Positions 9,322 to 18,827 are shown, counted from the stretch's first letter. The stretch is DNA of 32,000 bases from Candidatus Saccharimonadota bacterium (GCA_041659445.1 JBAZYG010000001.1:150001-182000); one strand, 5' to 3'. Translations and numbers: made by a program. Notes: generated from the sequence alone by a model not told the origin.

Positions 9322-9498
9322 TTAATTTGAAATAGCATTTACAGGACAAGATTCAATTGCTTTTTTTATGCATTTTGCTTTTTTATCTGCGTTTTTTTTA
9401 ACTTGTGCTTTTCCATCTTCACTCATTTCAAAAACGTCAGGGCAAATTCCAGGACAAGTTCCACAACCTATACACTTCTTTTTGTCAACTTTTACCAT
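9322..9498 (-). CDS. fdx: small single-cluster [4Fe-4S]/[3Fe-4S] ferredoxin (Pyrococcus/Thermotoga type)
   Basis: 58-aa ORF found by hand and absent from the ORF track: MVKVDKKKCIGCGTCPGICPDVFEMSEDGKAQVKKNADKKAKCIKKAIESCPVNAISN. It carries the CxxCxxC...CP plus distal C...CP pattern. CPDVFEMSEDGKAQ closely matches the Pyrococcus furiosus ferredoxin segment CPDVFEMNDEGKAQ as I recall it. Confidence 0.8.
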   Translation of the reverse strand: MVKVDKKKCIGCGTCPGICPDVFEMSEDGKAQVKKNADKKAKCIKKAIESCPVNAISN

Positions 9499-9602
9499 GT
9501 TTGGAAGTATATTTTTTAGTTTAATAATGTTTTTATGGAAATTTCATTTATATTATGTTCTAAGCGTTAGATTAATAAATTATCCTGAATTAATTAAATA
9601 TT

Positions 9603-10487
9603 ATGAAGATATTAATTATCGGTGCTGGTTCTATTGGAGTTTATCTTGGTACTTTATTATTTTCAAATAATCATGAAGTTATTCTCTTGGGCAGAACAAA
9701 ATTAAAGAAGCTTAATGAAACAATTTTAATTGGAGAAAACCCTTATAATTTACCTCCAAGAATTTATAAAATGCCTAAAAATAAAACCTTTGATTTTATA
9801 TTTATAACATCAAAACTTTATGATTTACAAAAAAATTTACAATCTGTCATTGAAAATAATTTAAAATCAAATTATTTAATAAGCATTCAAAATGGAATTG
9901 TTGACGAGAGTTTATATGAGCCTTATGTAAAAAATTCGAAATTTACTTCCATTTCAGTATTTGAAGGTTTTAGGTTAATAGAAAATCAATTGGTTGCTTC
10001 TTACTCAAAAGCTGGTTGGAAGACAGACAATTCTGAAACAGGGAAAGTGGTTTCAAAATTACTTTTTGATTCTAAAATAAATTGCACTATTGAAAAAGAT
10101 TTGAATTTAGTTAAAGCAGAAAAAACAATAATGAATTGCTCTGTCAATCTCTTATCTGCTATTGAAAAGAAAACTTTTTATGAATTGTTTTCTGATGAAA
10201 AAACTCTAAATAAAATCAACAAGCTTTTTGATGAATCTTATAATATTTTGAAGAAATTATACACCTTAAGAAGTAAGGAGGTATTGAAAAAAGAATTTTA
10301 TAATATTGCTTCTAAAATGAAACATTATTCTTCGACTTATCAAGATGCTATTTCTAAAAGAAAAACAGAAGCGGAATTTCTTAATGGATTAATTGTTAGG
10401 TTAGGAAAAAAGATGAAAATGCCAACTCCTGAAAATAAAAATATTCTTGAAGAGTTTTATAGGATATATTCGGATAGAAATAAATAG
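9603..10487 (+). CDS. panE: 2-dehydropantoate 2-reductase family protein (ApbA/PanE)
   Basis: 294-aa ORF with an N-terminal Rossmann motif (MKILIIGAGSIGVYLG) and a C-terminal ApbA_C-like signature (SSTYQDAISKRKTEAEFLNGLIVRLGKKMKMPTPENK). Confidence 0.72.
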   Translation: MKILIIGAGSIGVYLGTLLFSNNHEVILLGRTKLKKLNETILIGENPYNLPPRIYKMPKNKTFDFIFITSKLYDLQKNLQSVIENNLKSNYLISIQNGIVDESLYEPYVKNSKFTSISVFEGFRLIENQLVASYSKAGWKTDNSETGKVVSKLLFDSKINCTIEKDLNLVKAEKTIMNCSVNLLSAIEKKTFYELFSDEKTLNKINKLFDESYNILKKLYTLRSKEVLKKEFYNIASKMKHYSSTYQDAISKRKTEAEFLNGLIVRLGKKMKMPTPENKNILEEFYRIYSDRNK

Positions 10488-10517
10488 TTTTATAAATCTA
10501 TTTTAGTATATATAAAC

Positions 10518-11072
10518 ATGATAATTATAGCATGGGTTTTGATTATTTTAGCAGTTTTAATAGTAATAATGCTTTTCAGTTATTACAATAGGTTTGTTGT
10601 TTTAGCAAATAGAATTGATAATTCATTAAGTCAAATTGATGTTCAATTAAAACGAAGAGCAGATTTAATTCCAAATCTTTTGGAAACTGTTAAAGGTTAT
10701 GCTAAACATGAAAAAGTAATAATGGAAACAGTTACTAAAGCAAGAAGTGCAATGATTTCTGCTAAAGACTTGCCTTCAAAAATAAAAGCTAATAATGTTT
10801 TGGAAGGTGCTTTAGGAAAATTATTCGCAATTGCCGAGGGTTATCCTGATTTAAAAGCAAATACAAATTTCTTAGAATTACAAAAAGAACTTTCTGCAAC
10901 AGAAGATAGAGTTGCTTATTCAAGACAATTTTACAATGATTCAATTTTGAGTTATAATAACATGGTTCAAAAATTCCCAGGATTAATTTTTGCAGGAATT
11001 TTTGGAAGAAAAGAAAAAGAATATTTGAAAATTGAAGAAGTTGATAAAAAACTTCCTAAAGTTGAATTTTAA
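10518..11072 (+). CDS. lemA: LemA family membrane protein
   Basis: 184-aa ORF with an N-terminal TM helix followed by canonical LemA motifs (QLKRRADLIPNLLETVKGYAKHE, YPDLKAN, FYNDSILSYNNMVQKFPG). Confidence 0.88.
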   Translation: MIIIAWVLIILAVLIVIMLFSYYNRFVVLANRIDNSLSQIDVQLKRRADLIPNLLETVKGYAKHEKVIMETVTKARSAMISAKDLPSKIKANNVLEGALGKLFAIAEGYPDLKANTNFLELQKELSATEDRVAYSRQFYNDSILSYNNMVQKFPGLIFAGIFGRKEKEYLKIEEVDKKLPKVEF

Positions 11073-11117
11073 TTAATTTTTGAAAATATAAATCTTTATT
11101 AAGTTTCTCAAATTATT

Positions 11118-11405
11118 TTGATAATGTTAAAAAAAGGATATATTAAGTGCAATTATTCTAAAGGAATGTTTAGTGATGAATATTTTGTGAATTTTAAAGG
11201 TTCTTTTGAAAGGGATTCAGGTATTGATGGGAATTATCTTGTTATGAAAGACAGAGTGATTACTAAAGATGAAAGTTTTGGATTATTAAAAATTATAATT
11301 TTAGGGACAAAAGGAAAATCAACTAAAATATTGATTGATGGTGCAAAAGATGTTGGAGCAGGAGTTTTTTTTGAAGTTCCTAATGAAGAAATAATATTTA
11401 ATTAA
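11118..11405 (+). CDS. hypothetical protein
   Basis: 95-aa ORF with no motif I recognise. The start is uncertain (ATG at 11118 or 11124). Confidence 0.4.
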   Translation: MIMLKKGYIKCNYSKGMFSDEYFVNFKGSFERDSGIDGNYLVMKDRVITKDESFGLLKIIILGTKGKSTKILIDGAKDVGAGVFFEVPNEEIIFN

Positions 11406-11454
11406 TATCTTTAAATATACATATATTTTTAAATAATTAATTTATTGGTTTTTT

Positions 11455-11949
11455 ATGAATACTAAAGAATTCGTTCAGTTAATAAGAAATCACGGATGGA
11501 ATCTTTATAAGATACCTAATTTAACTGCTCCTAGTTTTGAAGAAATGCAAAAAAATGGTCCTGTAGATTTTTTATATTCAGGAGAACATTCTTATTTTTT
11601 TGCTCCTAAACAGATGGGAAATCAAACTCTTAGAGAAGCTTATAGTATTACAAAAGGGCTTGGGCCTTCATTAGTTATTTATCCTAAATATGAAGGTTTG
11701 TTAGAAGTTTATAAAGGAACAAGCACTTGTGAGATGGATAATGAAATATTTTTTAGCAGATTATTTTTTGAAAAAGAAAGTAGTACTCTTATGACTCCTA
11801 AAACCACATATAATTTTGACCCTAGCGCAGCACTTTTAGAGACAAGATTATTATTAGATATCTTTAAGAATAATTTTAGGATTGTTAGACCAGGAAAATA
11901 TGGTAAAACCATTCCAATTCCGATGATTCAAAACCCTAGAGATAATTGA
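11455..11949 (+). CDS. hypothetical protein
   Basis: 164-aa ORF, soluble, with no motif I recognise. Confidence 0.45.
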   Translation: MNTKEFVQLIRNHGWNLYKIPNLTAPSFEEMQKNGPVDFLYSGEHSYFFAPKQMGNQTLREAYSITKGLGPSLVIYPKYEGLLEVYKGTSTCEMDNEIFFSRLFFEKESSTLMTPKTTYNFDPSAALLETRLLLDIFKNNFRIVRPGKYGKTIPIPMIQNPRDN

Positions 11950-12696
11950 TTAATTAATATACTTAACTTTTCCAAAATCATAAACTTTATTCTTTTCAAC
12001 TAAAAAAGCTTCAAATTGCATTAATTGTTTTATTGAAATTATTTGATCTGATTCTTTTCTTATTCCTAAATTTTCTACTTCAGAACCTTCTGTTAAAGGC
12101 AAAAAACTAGGGACAATTATTAGTTTCTTTTTTTTGAAATTTCCAATTAAAAATGCTTTATATTTTTCAGATTTTATTCCTTTTTTGTCTTTTAATTTTA
12201 CAGAAGGATGTAAATGTCCTATTATTACTATTTTTATTTTTTTATCATTTAATTCTTTAAACCATTTATCTCCATGAGTAAATGCAAGATTTTCTTGAAT
12301 GTAAAAATCTTTTAATTCATAATTTTTTAAAGTAAAAGTATCATGATTTCCTTTTATTAGGATTATATTTTCTTTTTCTAGGAATTTCTCTAAAAATCTT
12401 AAAAAATCTCTTACTTCAAATATTTCATCTTTATCAAATGAAAAATAATGTTTAATATCTCCAAGTAAAATTATTTTATTTAATTTGTATAAAGCTTTTA
12501 CTCTTTTTAGGATAATTTCAATTTCTTTTTTTGTTTCTTCTAATTGATTAAATGGAAGAAAAATTCCCTGAGATTTTAGCATTTGTTCATATCCTAAATG
12601 TAAATCTCCAATTGCAAGAATTCCTTGTTTTGGAAAGAATATTGTTTTTGAAATGAATTTAAATTCTGGTGTTTTTGAGGATTTTTGGGGTTTCAT
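11950..12696 (-). CDS. calcineurin-like metallophosphoesterase, PdeM / archaeal SbcD-related type
   Basis: 248-aa ORF with the ordered metallophosphoesterase motifs GDLHLG, LLGDIKH, KGNHD and GHLHP. Confidence 0.78.
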   Translation of the reverse strand: MKPQKSSKTPEFKFISKTIFFPKQGILAIGDLHLGYEQMLKSQGIFLPFNQLEETKKEIEIILKRVKALYKLNKIILLGDIKHYFSFDKDEIFEVRDFLRFLEKFLEKENIILIKGNHDTFTLKNYELKDFYIQENLAFTHGDKWFKELNDKKIKIVIIGHLHPSVKLKDKKGIKSEKYKAFLIGNFKKKKLIIVPSFLPLTEGSEVENLGIRKESDQIISIKQLMQFEAFLVEKNKVYDFGKVKYIN

Positions 12697-12748
12697 GAAA
12701 ATAGGGAGAAAAGGTAGTTTTTTATATTTGTGGGTGTTATGAAAGGGT

Positions 12749-13156
12749 ATGGCACAGTTAATGACTAATGATGAAAGAGATTTTTATCAAAGTCAGTCAG
12801 AATTATCAAGAGTTCAGATGAAATTCTTAAAAAGCCAAAATAAAATTTCTGAAGAGCAAGTTGATATTTCAAAAAAGCAAATAGAAATTTTAGAAAAACA
12901 AAATAAATTAATGGAAAATCAAACAAAATTTTCCAAAATTTTAGCAATAGCAACGGTGGTTTTGGCTCTTGCTGGATTTTCTCAATCCATATATTATTTT
13001 GAACTTTTTAGTCAAGGGATGATTAAAGATTTTTATGATGGTTTGGCTTTCATTCTTTTAGCAATTGTCGTATTTGCAATTGGAATGTTAATAGTAAACT
13101 TGCTTTTTAATTGGAAATTATTTCAAGAGGAAAAAAGAGCAAATAAAATTAATTAA
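12749..13156 (+). CDS. membrane protein with N-terminal coiled coil and two TM helices
   Basis: 135-aa ORF with a Q/K-rich heptad region (KFLKSQNKISEEQVDISKKQIEILEKQNKLMENQTK) followed by two hydrophobic helices. Confidence 0.5.
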   Translation: MAQLMTNDERDFYQSQSELSRVQMKFLKSQNKISEEQVDISKKQIEILEKQNKLMENQTKFSKILAIATVVLALAGFSQSIYYFELFSQGMIKDFYDGLAFILLAIVVFAIGMLIVNLLFNWKLFQEEKRANKIN

Positions 13157-13166
13157 AATAAGATTT

Positions 13167-13778
13167 TTAACGATAATCTATCCATTTCCAAGCTATTAAT
13201 GCAAGAATTATTGCTATTATCCACAATCCCCACGTTGGAATTCCATATATCATACCATATGCAAAAAAATGTGGACTTTGAGAATAAAAATATGTTATAA
13301 CTAAAATTGCTAGTCCTACAATAAATCCAAATGAAATTTTTGGAAATTTAAAATTCTCTCCTCTGTGATGATGTTCTCCTTCCTTAAAATTTATTCTATT
13401 TAAAAAATTTACAGAAATTGATAATATTGCGCCCATTAACAAGAGTGTCCATATTTCTTTTGGCAGTTCTTTAAATAGGGAGAGTATTACTTCTTTGACT
13501 ATCCAAATTAAAGCCATAAATAAAATTATCCAAAATAAAATTTTTAAATCAATTCTTAATCTTTTCTTTTTTATTGATGAATGAATTGTTTTTGATAAAA
13601 AGGCTAAAAGAATTCCCATAAATAAAAAATAAAATACTCTATAATCTATAAAGAAGTTCATACTTGAAAAAACCTTTGTTAAAAATAAATTAGAGACCCA
13701 AAATAATATTGCATAAATAATTGTCCATACAGCAATCCATTTTAATTGATTTAATTGTCTTTTATAAACTTCTTTCAT
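13167..13778 (-). CDS. polytopic integral membrane protein
   Basis: 203-aa ORF with about 6 hydrophobic helices and a loop containing a His run (EGEHHHRGE). No family recognised. Confidence 0.55.
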   Translation of the reverse strand: MKEVYKRQLNQLKWIAVWTIIYAILFWVSNLFLTKVFSSMNFFIDYRVFYFLFMGILLAFLSKTIHSSIKKKRLRIDLKILFWIILFMALIWIVKEVILSLFKELPKEIWTLLLMGAILSISVNFLNRINFKEGEHHHRGENFKFPKISFGFIVGLAILVITYFYSQSPHFFAYGMIYGIPTWGLWIIAIILALIAWKWIDYR

Positions 13779-13808
13779 AAATCTTAACTAATTTCAAAAT
13801 TTAAAAAC

Positions 13809-16448
13809 CTATTTATCCAACCATTCTAAATCACTATAATCATAAATATAATCTGGTTTTTTTTCTTTATTTATTTCTGAAACATAATAATCATGCATTC
13901 TTTTTAAAAATTCTTGTTTGTCTTCTATTCTCATCAAATCCATATGTCCTTGAAGAATAAGATTAAGAGAGAAAGGAGATGGGACTTTCACAAAATCAGT
14001 TATTATTTTTACTTTTCCTTCTTTTATCCAAGACAAAACTTTTTTTGCATTTTCAATATCCATTAAATCTTCTAAAACTTCTCTTTTTGCTTCTTTTAAA
14101 ATTGGGAAATCTGAACTTATTTTTTTTACACTAGCAATTAAAAAATGACTATTCATTTGTTGTCTTTTTACGCTTTTTTTATTTCCTTTGTAATTTCTTA
14201 AAATCATTAATGAACGAGTTGCACAATGTCTAAACCTTCTTGTTAAAATGTCTGTTTTTTCAATTGCTTTTCTTAGAATCTCTTCAATATTTTTTTCTGA
14301 AAGATTTGAAATTGCTTTGTCAAAATTTAATTTTTCAGAAGACAGGTAAAAACCCCTGTCGCTTATTCCTATTTCAACATCTCTTTCTCCTTCTTTTCCA
14401 ATTAAAAAAGCTAAAGCTCTTGAAAGTGCGTCATTTACTCTTCTTCCATATAAACTATTTATTAGAAGATATTTTTTTTCATCTCTTTCATCAGTATATT
14501 CTTCTACTGTGATTGTTTCTGAATCAGAAATTTCAAAGAATTTGTATTGCTGATAAATATAATTGTAAATTTCATTTGCAATTTTTTCATTCACATAAGT
14601 ATATTCTTTAATAAATTCAATTATTTTTTCTTTTGGTTTTTTTGCTTTTAATCTTTCTTTAATTTTTTTTCTGAATTCATTAATTTCTAATGCAGATTCA
14701 AAACTCAATGGAAGCACTTCAGAAAACCATGAAGGAATTGTTGGTGCTCTTGATAATTCTGGTTTTACATAAAGGTTCATTCCTTTTGTATACATATACT
14801 GATATTTATTTCCACCAAGAACAAAAATATCTCCTTTTTTCATTCGATTTAAAAAAGATTCATCAATTTTTCCAACTTTTTCTTCTGAATTAATTTTCAC
14901 ATCCACAAAAGATTCTTCAGGAATTGTTCCAATATTTGTCAAATAAATTACACGAGCCATTTTTCCTTTTTTTCCTATTGTTCCTTCTTTTTCATCATAC
15001 CATATTTTGCTGTAAATTTTATTTTTTTCTAAATCATATTGTCCTGAGAGATAACTTATAACAGATAAAAAATCAATTCTTGATAATTCAGAGTAACAAT
15101 AACTTTTTTTTATCAAGGAAAACATTTCATCTTTTTTCCAAATCTTATTTATAGCCATTCCAAATATTTGTTGAGATAATACATCAAGACAATTTTTAGG
15201 AAAATGGATGTTGTCTATTTTTCCTTCTATCATTTCTTTTTGAATTATACTGCATTCAACTAAATCATCTCTGTCTAAAACTATAAATTTTCCTTTTGCT
15301 GTTTCATGAAGTTTATGTCCTGCACGTCCAACTCTTTGAAGAGCTCTTGAACTTGCTTTTGGACTTCCAAGCATTATTACTAAATCTATATATCCAATAT
15401 CAATTCCTAATTCTAAAGAAGTGGAGCAAACAACAACTTTTAATTTTCCGTCTCTTAAATCATCTTCTATTTTTTTTCTGTGGTCTTTGCTTAAAGATGA
15501 ATGATGTGCTGCAATATTTTCATCAGTGTATGCCGTCGGAAATTTGTCTTTTAAATAATTCACAACTCTTTCAGTTGCAGAACGAGTATTTGTGAAAACC
15601 AATGTTGTTTTATGTTTTTCAATTAATTCATGAACAAGTTTGTATAAATCATTGTAAGGGTTTTCGTGTTCTATTAAATTTTCTACTGGCGTTAATACTT
15701 CAATATCTAATTTTTTATTTGAAGGAATTTTTGCAATTTCAATTATTCTTTTTTCGTCCTCGCCAATTAAAAATCTTGCAATTTCTTCTAAAGGTTCTAT
15801 TGTTGCACTTAAACCTATTTTTACAGGAAAAGTTTTGCTTAATTCATTTAATCTTTCTAAACTTAAACTTAAGTAAACTCCTCTTTTGTTTCCAAGTGAA
15901 TGTATTTCATCGACGATGCAAAATTCGACATTTTCAAAAGCTTCTATAAATTTTTTAGTTGTCAAAACAATTGCTAAAGATTCTGGAGTTGTAATTAAAA
16001 TGTGCGGAGGGTTTTTTGCCATTTTTGCTTTTTCAGAAATTGAAGTGTCACCAGTCCTTAACCCAATTCGAATTTTTTGGAGTTTTATTTCTTTAGTTTT
16101 TGCAAGTTCAGTTATTTCTTCTAAAGGTTCAATTAAATTTTTGTGAATATCATTACTCAATGCTTTTAATGGAGAAGTATAAACTGCATAAACTTTGTTT
16201 TCAAGTTGGTTTTTTTCTGCTAAATTTATTAAATGATTTAAAATAGACAAAAATGCAGTTAAGGTTTTACCTCCTCCTGTTGGCGCTGAAATTAATGTGC
16301 TTTTTCTTTCATAAATATTCAAAACTCCGTATTTTTGTGAATCTGAAAAGTCTTTAAATTTAGAGAAAAACCATTCACGAATAAGAGGGTTTAATTTTTC
16401 TTTTATTTCTTCTGTTTTTCTTGGTTTTGCTATTAATACTTCTGTCAT
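13809..16448 (-). CDS. lhr: Lhr-type (Lhr-core) superfamily 2 DEAH-box helicase
   Basis: 879-aa ORF with motif I (SAPTGGGKT), motif II (VDEIHSL) and motif VI (LQRVGRAGH). The long C-terminal extension is typical of the DEAD/H-associated Lhr domain. Confidence 0.9.
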   Translation of the reverse strand: MTEVLIAKPRKTEEIKEKLNPLIREWFFSKFKDFSDSQKYGVLNIYERKSTLISAPTGGGKTLTAFLSILNHLINLAEKNQLENKVYAVYTSPLKALSNDIHKNLIEPLEEITELAKTKEIKLQKIRIGLRTGDTSISEKAKMAKNPPHILITTPESLAIVLTTKKFIEAFENVEFCIVDEIHSLGNKRGVYLSLSLERLNELSKTFPVKIGLSATIEPLEEIARFLIGEDEKRIIEIAKIPSNKKLDIEVLTPVENLIEHENPYNDLYKLVHELIEKHKTTLVFTNTRSATERVVNYLKDKFPTAYTDENIAAHHSSLSKDHRKKIEDDLRDGKLKVVVCSTSLELGIDIGYIDLVIMLGSPKASSRALQRVGRAGHKLHETAKGKFIVLDRDDLVECSIIQKEMIEGKIDNIHFPKNCLDVLSQQIFGMAINKIWKKDEMFSLIKKSYCYSELSRIDFLSVISYLSGQYDLEKNKIYSKIWYDEKEGTIGKKGKMARVIYLTNIGTIPEESFVDVKINSEEKVGKIDESFLNRMKKGDIFVLGGNKYQYMYTKGMNLYVKPELSRAPTIPSWFSEVLPLSFESALEINEFRKKIKERLKAKKPKEKIIEFIKEYTYVNEKIANEIYNYIYQQYKFFEISDSETITVEEYTDERDEKKYLLINSLYGRRVNDALSRALAFLIGKEGERDVEIGISDRGFYLSSEKLNFDKAISNLSEKNIEEILRKAIEKTDILTRRFRHCATRSLMILRNYKGNKKSVKRQQMNSHFLIASVKKISSDFPILKEAKREVLEDLMDIENAKKVLSWIKEGKVKIITDFVKVPSPFSLNLILQGHMDLMRIEDKQEFLKRMHDYYVSEINKEKKPDYIYDYSDLEWLDK

Positions 16449-16577
16449 TTTAACAATTAGAAAAATTTAATAAGAAACTTATAAAACCAAGATTTATAAG
16501 ATTTTTGATTTCTTGAAGAGTAGTTTATTGCACTTTGGAATATAAATCTTTTTAAATGAAGAGAATAAATAATAATT

Positions 16578-16862
16578 ATGGTAACCTACTCTAAGACTAA
16601 CATTTATATTAAAGATAAGTCTGAAGTGAATTTAGATAATTTAAAAACAGAATTAGAAATTAAAGGAGATCCTTATTATCAAAATTGTTTTAATCCTGAA
16701 CGAAAGGAGTTTCATTATTTTATGGAAAATTCAGTGATATATTTAATTGAAAAAGAAAAAGAAGTCGATATAAATATTATTTCTAAGTATGAACTGTATG
16801 TGAGTGAGTGGAGAAAAACCCTCGAAGCGATTTTAAACGAAGCTAAAATAAAAAAGCCTTAA
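16578..16862 (+). CDS. hypothetical protein
   Basis: 94-aa ORF with a TATA-like TTTTTAAATG about 25 nt upstream. No motif recognised. Confidence 0.42.
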   Translation: MVTYSKTNIYIKDKSEVNLDNLKTELEIKGDPYYQNCFNPERKEFHYFMENSVIYLIEKEKEVDINIISKYELYVSEWRKTLEAILNEAKIKKP

Positions 16863-16886
16863 AAACAGAATTTTCTTAATTAATTT

Positions 16887-17771
16887 ATGGAAAGAATTGA
16901 TTTTAGAGATCAAATTTCAAAGAACAAAACAAAATCATTTTTCTTGATGTTTTCTATATTTGCAATAATAATTATTTTGGGTTATGTAATTTCATTGGCT
17001 TTTGATCCGTTGTATTTTAGTTTTGTCATGATTATAGCAACTATTTTTTCCATAAGTTATCTTTTGATTATGTATTATAATTCAGACAAAATTGCGATTT
17101 CAAGTGTTGGGGCAAAACTTGCAGATAGGAGTAAATACAAAGATTATTATTCTTTAGTTGAAGGATTAACTCTTGCTTCTGGTTTGCCGATGCCAAAACT
17201 TTATGTAATGTCATCAAAGCAAATTAATGCGTTTGCTTCTGGACGAAACCCCAATCATGCTGTTGTGTGTGTCACAGAAGGTGCTTTGGAAAAATTAGAA
17301 AAGAAAGAACTAGAAGGGGTTTTGGCTCATGAGTTGAGTCATATTGCAAGTTTTGATATTCGATACATGACATTGGTTGCAGTGATGGTTGGAATTATTT
17401 CAATTATTTCTCAAATTTTTTTAAGAAGTTTGTGGTTTAGGGGCGGAGGAGATGATAACGGCAAAGCTCAAATTATTTTTATCTTGATTGGAATTGTCTT
17501 GGCTATTTTAGCTCCTATTGTTGTTTATTTTGTCCAGATGTCTATTTCAAGAAAAAGAGAATACAGTGCAGATGCAATGGCTGTTAAATTTACTAGGTAT
17601 CCAAATGGCTTGATTGGTGCTTTGAAAAAAATAAAATCAGATAATTCTGTGCCTAGTGAAAGAAAAGTTTCAAAAGCTTTAGCACCTTTGTTTATTTCAA
17701 GTCCTTTTAAAAATCTAGCAAGTTCTCATCCTCCAATTGATGAAAGAATAAAAACATTAGAGAGAATGTAA
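16887..17771 (+). CDS. htpX: HtpX-type M48 zinc metalloprotease
   Basis: 294-aa ORF with two N-terminal TM helices, the zinc motif HELSHI, further TM helices, EYSADAMA and a C-terminal SHPPIDERI. Confidence 0.9.
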   Translation: MERIDFRDQISKNKTKSFFLMFSIFAIIIILGYVISLAFDPLYFSFVMIIATIFSISYLLIMYYNSDKIAISSVGAKLADRSKYKDYYSLVEGLTLASGLPMPKLYVMSSKQINAFASGRNPNHAVVCVTEGALEKLEKKELEGVLAHELSHIASFDIRYMTLVAVMVGIISIISQIFLRSLWFRGGGDDNGKAQIIFILIGIVLAILAPIVVYFVQMSISRKREYSADAMAVKFTRYPNGLIGALKKIKSDNSVPSERKVSKALAPLFISSPFKNLASSHPPIDERIKTLERM

Positions 17772-17802
17772 GATTTATAAAGTATTTTTAATTTATTAAT
17801 TT

Positions 17803-18240
17803 ATGAAGAAAAAGAGGAAAAAGTTATTTTTTATTATTGGAGCTTTTGTGTTAATTATTGCATTTGTTTTAATTTTGATTTTTACTTTGAGACCCAAATT
17901 GACTGATGAGCAGTTATTAACTCTCGTTTATCCCCAAATTAAAGCAGATTGTGATTATCTAAATAGTCTAAAAGTTTCAGGTAATTATACAGATTGTCTT
18001 ACAAAATGCGAACTTTCTTCTGAATCTGATTTTTTGGATTCTGATGTTTCTAGGAACACATATACTTCTTATAAAGAAGGAAGTAACTATGTTTTGGAAT
18101 TAAGAATGTTTTTGACCTTTGGTAGACCCACATACTCTGGAGACTTAAATTATTATTTTGTTTTTAATAAAAAAGGAGAAGTAATTTCTGAAAATGTAAA
18201 TCCTTCTCTTGAAGAGCTTGAGAGTAGTTGGTGTTACTAA
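17803..18240 (+). CDS. N-terminally anchored membrane/exported hypothetical protein
   Basis: 145-aa ORF with MKKKRKK followed by the hydrophobic helix LFFIIGAFVLIIAFVLILIF. The ectodomain contains 4 Cys. Confidence 0.5.
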   Translation: MKKKRKKLFFIIGAFVLIIAFVLILIFTLRPKLTDEQLLTLVYPQIKADCDYLNSLKVSGNYTDCLTKCELSSESDFLDSDVSRNTYTSYKEGSNYVLELRMFLTFGRPTYSGDLNYYFVFNKKGEVISENVNPSLEELESSWCY

Positions 18241-18250
18241 TTCTTTTAGA

Positions 18251-18445
18251 TTAAATAATTAATTTTAAAAACTCTTTTTTCTTATCTTCTTTTTTAGGTA
18301 ATTCTCCTTCTACTTCAATTTTTTTTATTTTTAAAGATAAATCTCCTCTTCTAGGTGGTCTTTTATTATTGGTTGCTTTATCATACATTTCTTCGTTTAT
18401 TATTGGTCTTTTTGAATTTAAGATTAATTCATATGTTTCTTTCAT
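18251..18445 (-). CDS. small basic hypothetical protein
   Basis: 64-aa ORF lying 12 nt downstream of the 93-aa ORF on the same strand. No motif recognised. Confidence 0.35.
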   Translation of the reverse strand: MKETYELILNSKRPIINEEMYDKATNNKRPPRRGDLSLKIKKIEVEGELPKKEDKKKEFLKLII

Positions 18446-18457
18446 TTTTGTTCTTCC

Positions 18458-18739
18458 TCATTTCACTTTTCTTACTATTTCTGATAGTAATCCTTTGAAT
18501 TTTATTTTAAAATCTAATTTATATACTGGACACCTTTCCATTGCATCTTGAGAAAAAGTTATGGGAGTTTTATCATTTGTTAAGTATCCATTATCTGGAG
18601 ATTTAAGTCCCACACAATACTTTTTAGTATACTTGCAGAACCCCTGTTTTTTTTCTGACCAAGGAAATTCTTGTTCCGTGTAACTGTTAGGACATCTTGC
18701 GATCACGTTTTCATCTTTTATTGCTTTTATTAATTTCAT
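18458..18739 (-). CDS. small four-Cys hypothetical protein
   Basis: 93-aa ORF with Cys in the contexts ARCPNS, GFCKY, KYCVG and ERCPVY, a possible metal site. It is divergent from the TrmB gene. Confidence 0.45.
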   Translation of the reverse strand: MKLIKAIKDENVIARCPNSYTEQEFPWSEKKQGFCKYTKKYCVGLKSPDNGYLTNDKTPITFSQDAMERCPVYKLDFKIKFKGLLSEIVRKVK

Positions 18740-18807
18740 TTTTATTCTCCCTTAAAGTTGTTTTAACTTTATAGTAATATATTGAATGATTAAGATTATA
18801 AGCATTT

Positions 18808-18827
18808 ATCCTACTAAATGGTAGGAT
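18808..18827. promoter_or_regulatory. inverted repeat ATCCTAC-N6-GTAGGAT abutting the trmB TATA box (candidate operator)
   Basis: Perfect 7-bp arms are read directly from the sequence. The repeat sits in the 116-bp divergent intergenic region immediately upstream of the TATA-like box. Confidence 0.3.

Noticed and set aside
9368-9670. 100-aa plus-strand ORF spanning the ferredoxin locus and the panE-family start
   Set aside because: It is antisense to a textbook ferredoxin ORF and runs out of frame into the next gene. Its composition is hydrophobic with no motif.
14240-16146. Plus-strand ORFs 14240..14512, 14690..14893, 15296..15595, 15602..15949 and 15886..16146 inside the Lhr gene
   Set aside because: They are antisense shadows with L/F/Q-rich nonsense composition. 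The minus-strand helicase motifs are unambiguous.
16478-16500. Inverted repeat CTTATAAA-N7-TTTATAAG between lhr and the 94-aa gene
   Set aside because: It is most simply explained as TATA-like sequences in a divergent promoter region of AT-rich DNA. It is not evidence of a specific operator.
10518-17771. LemA and HtpX as a functional pair (LemA and M48 peptidase genes are often adjacent in prokaryotes)
   Set aside because: Here they are about 6 kb apart and separated by nine unrelated genes on both strands, so no operonic link can be claimed.
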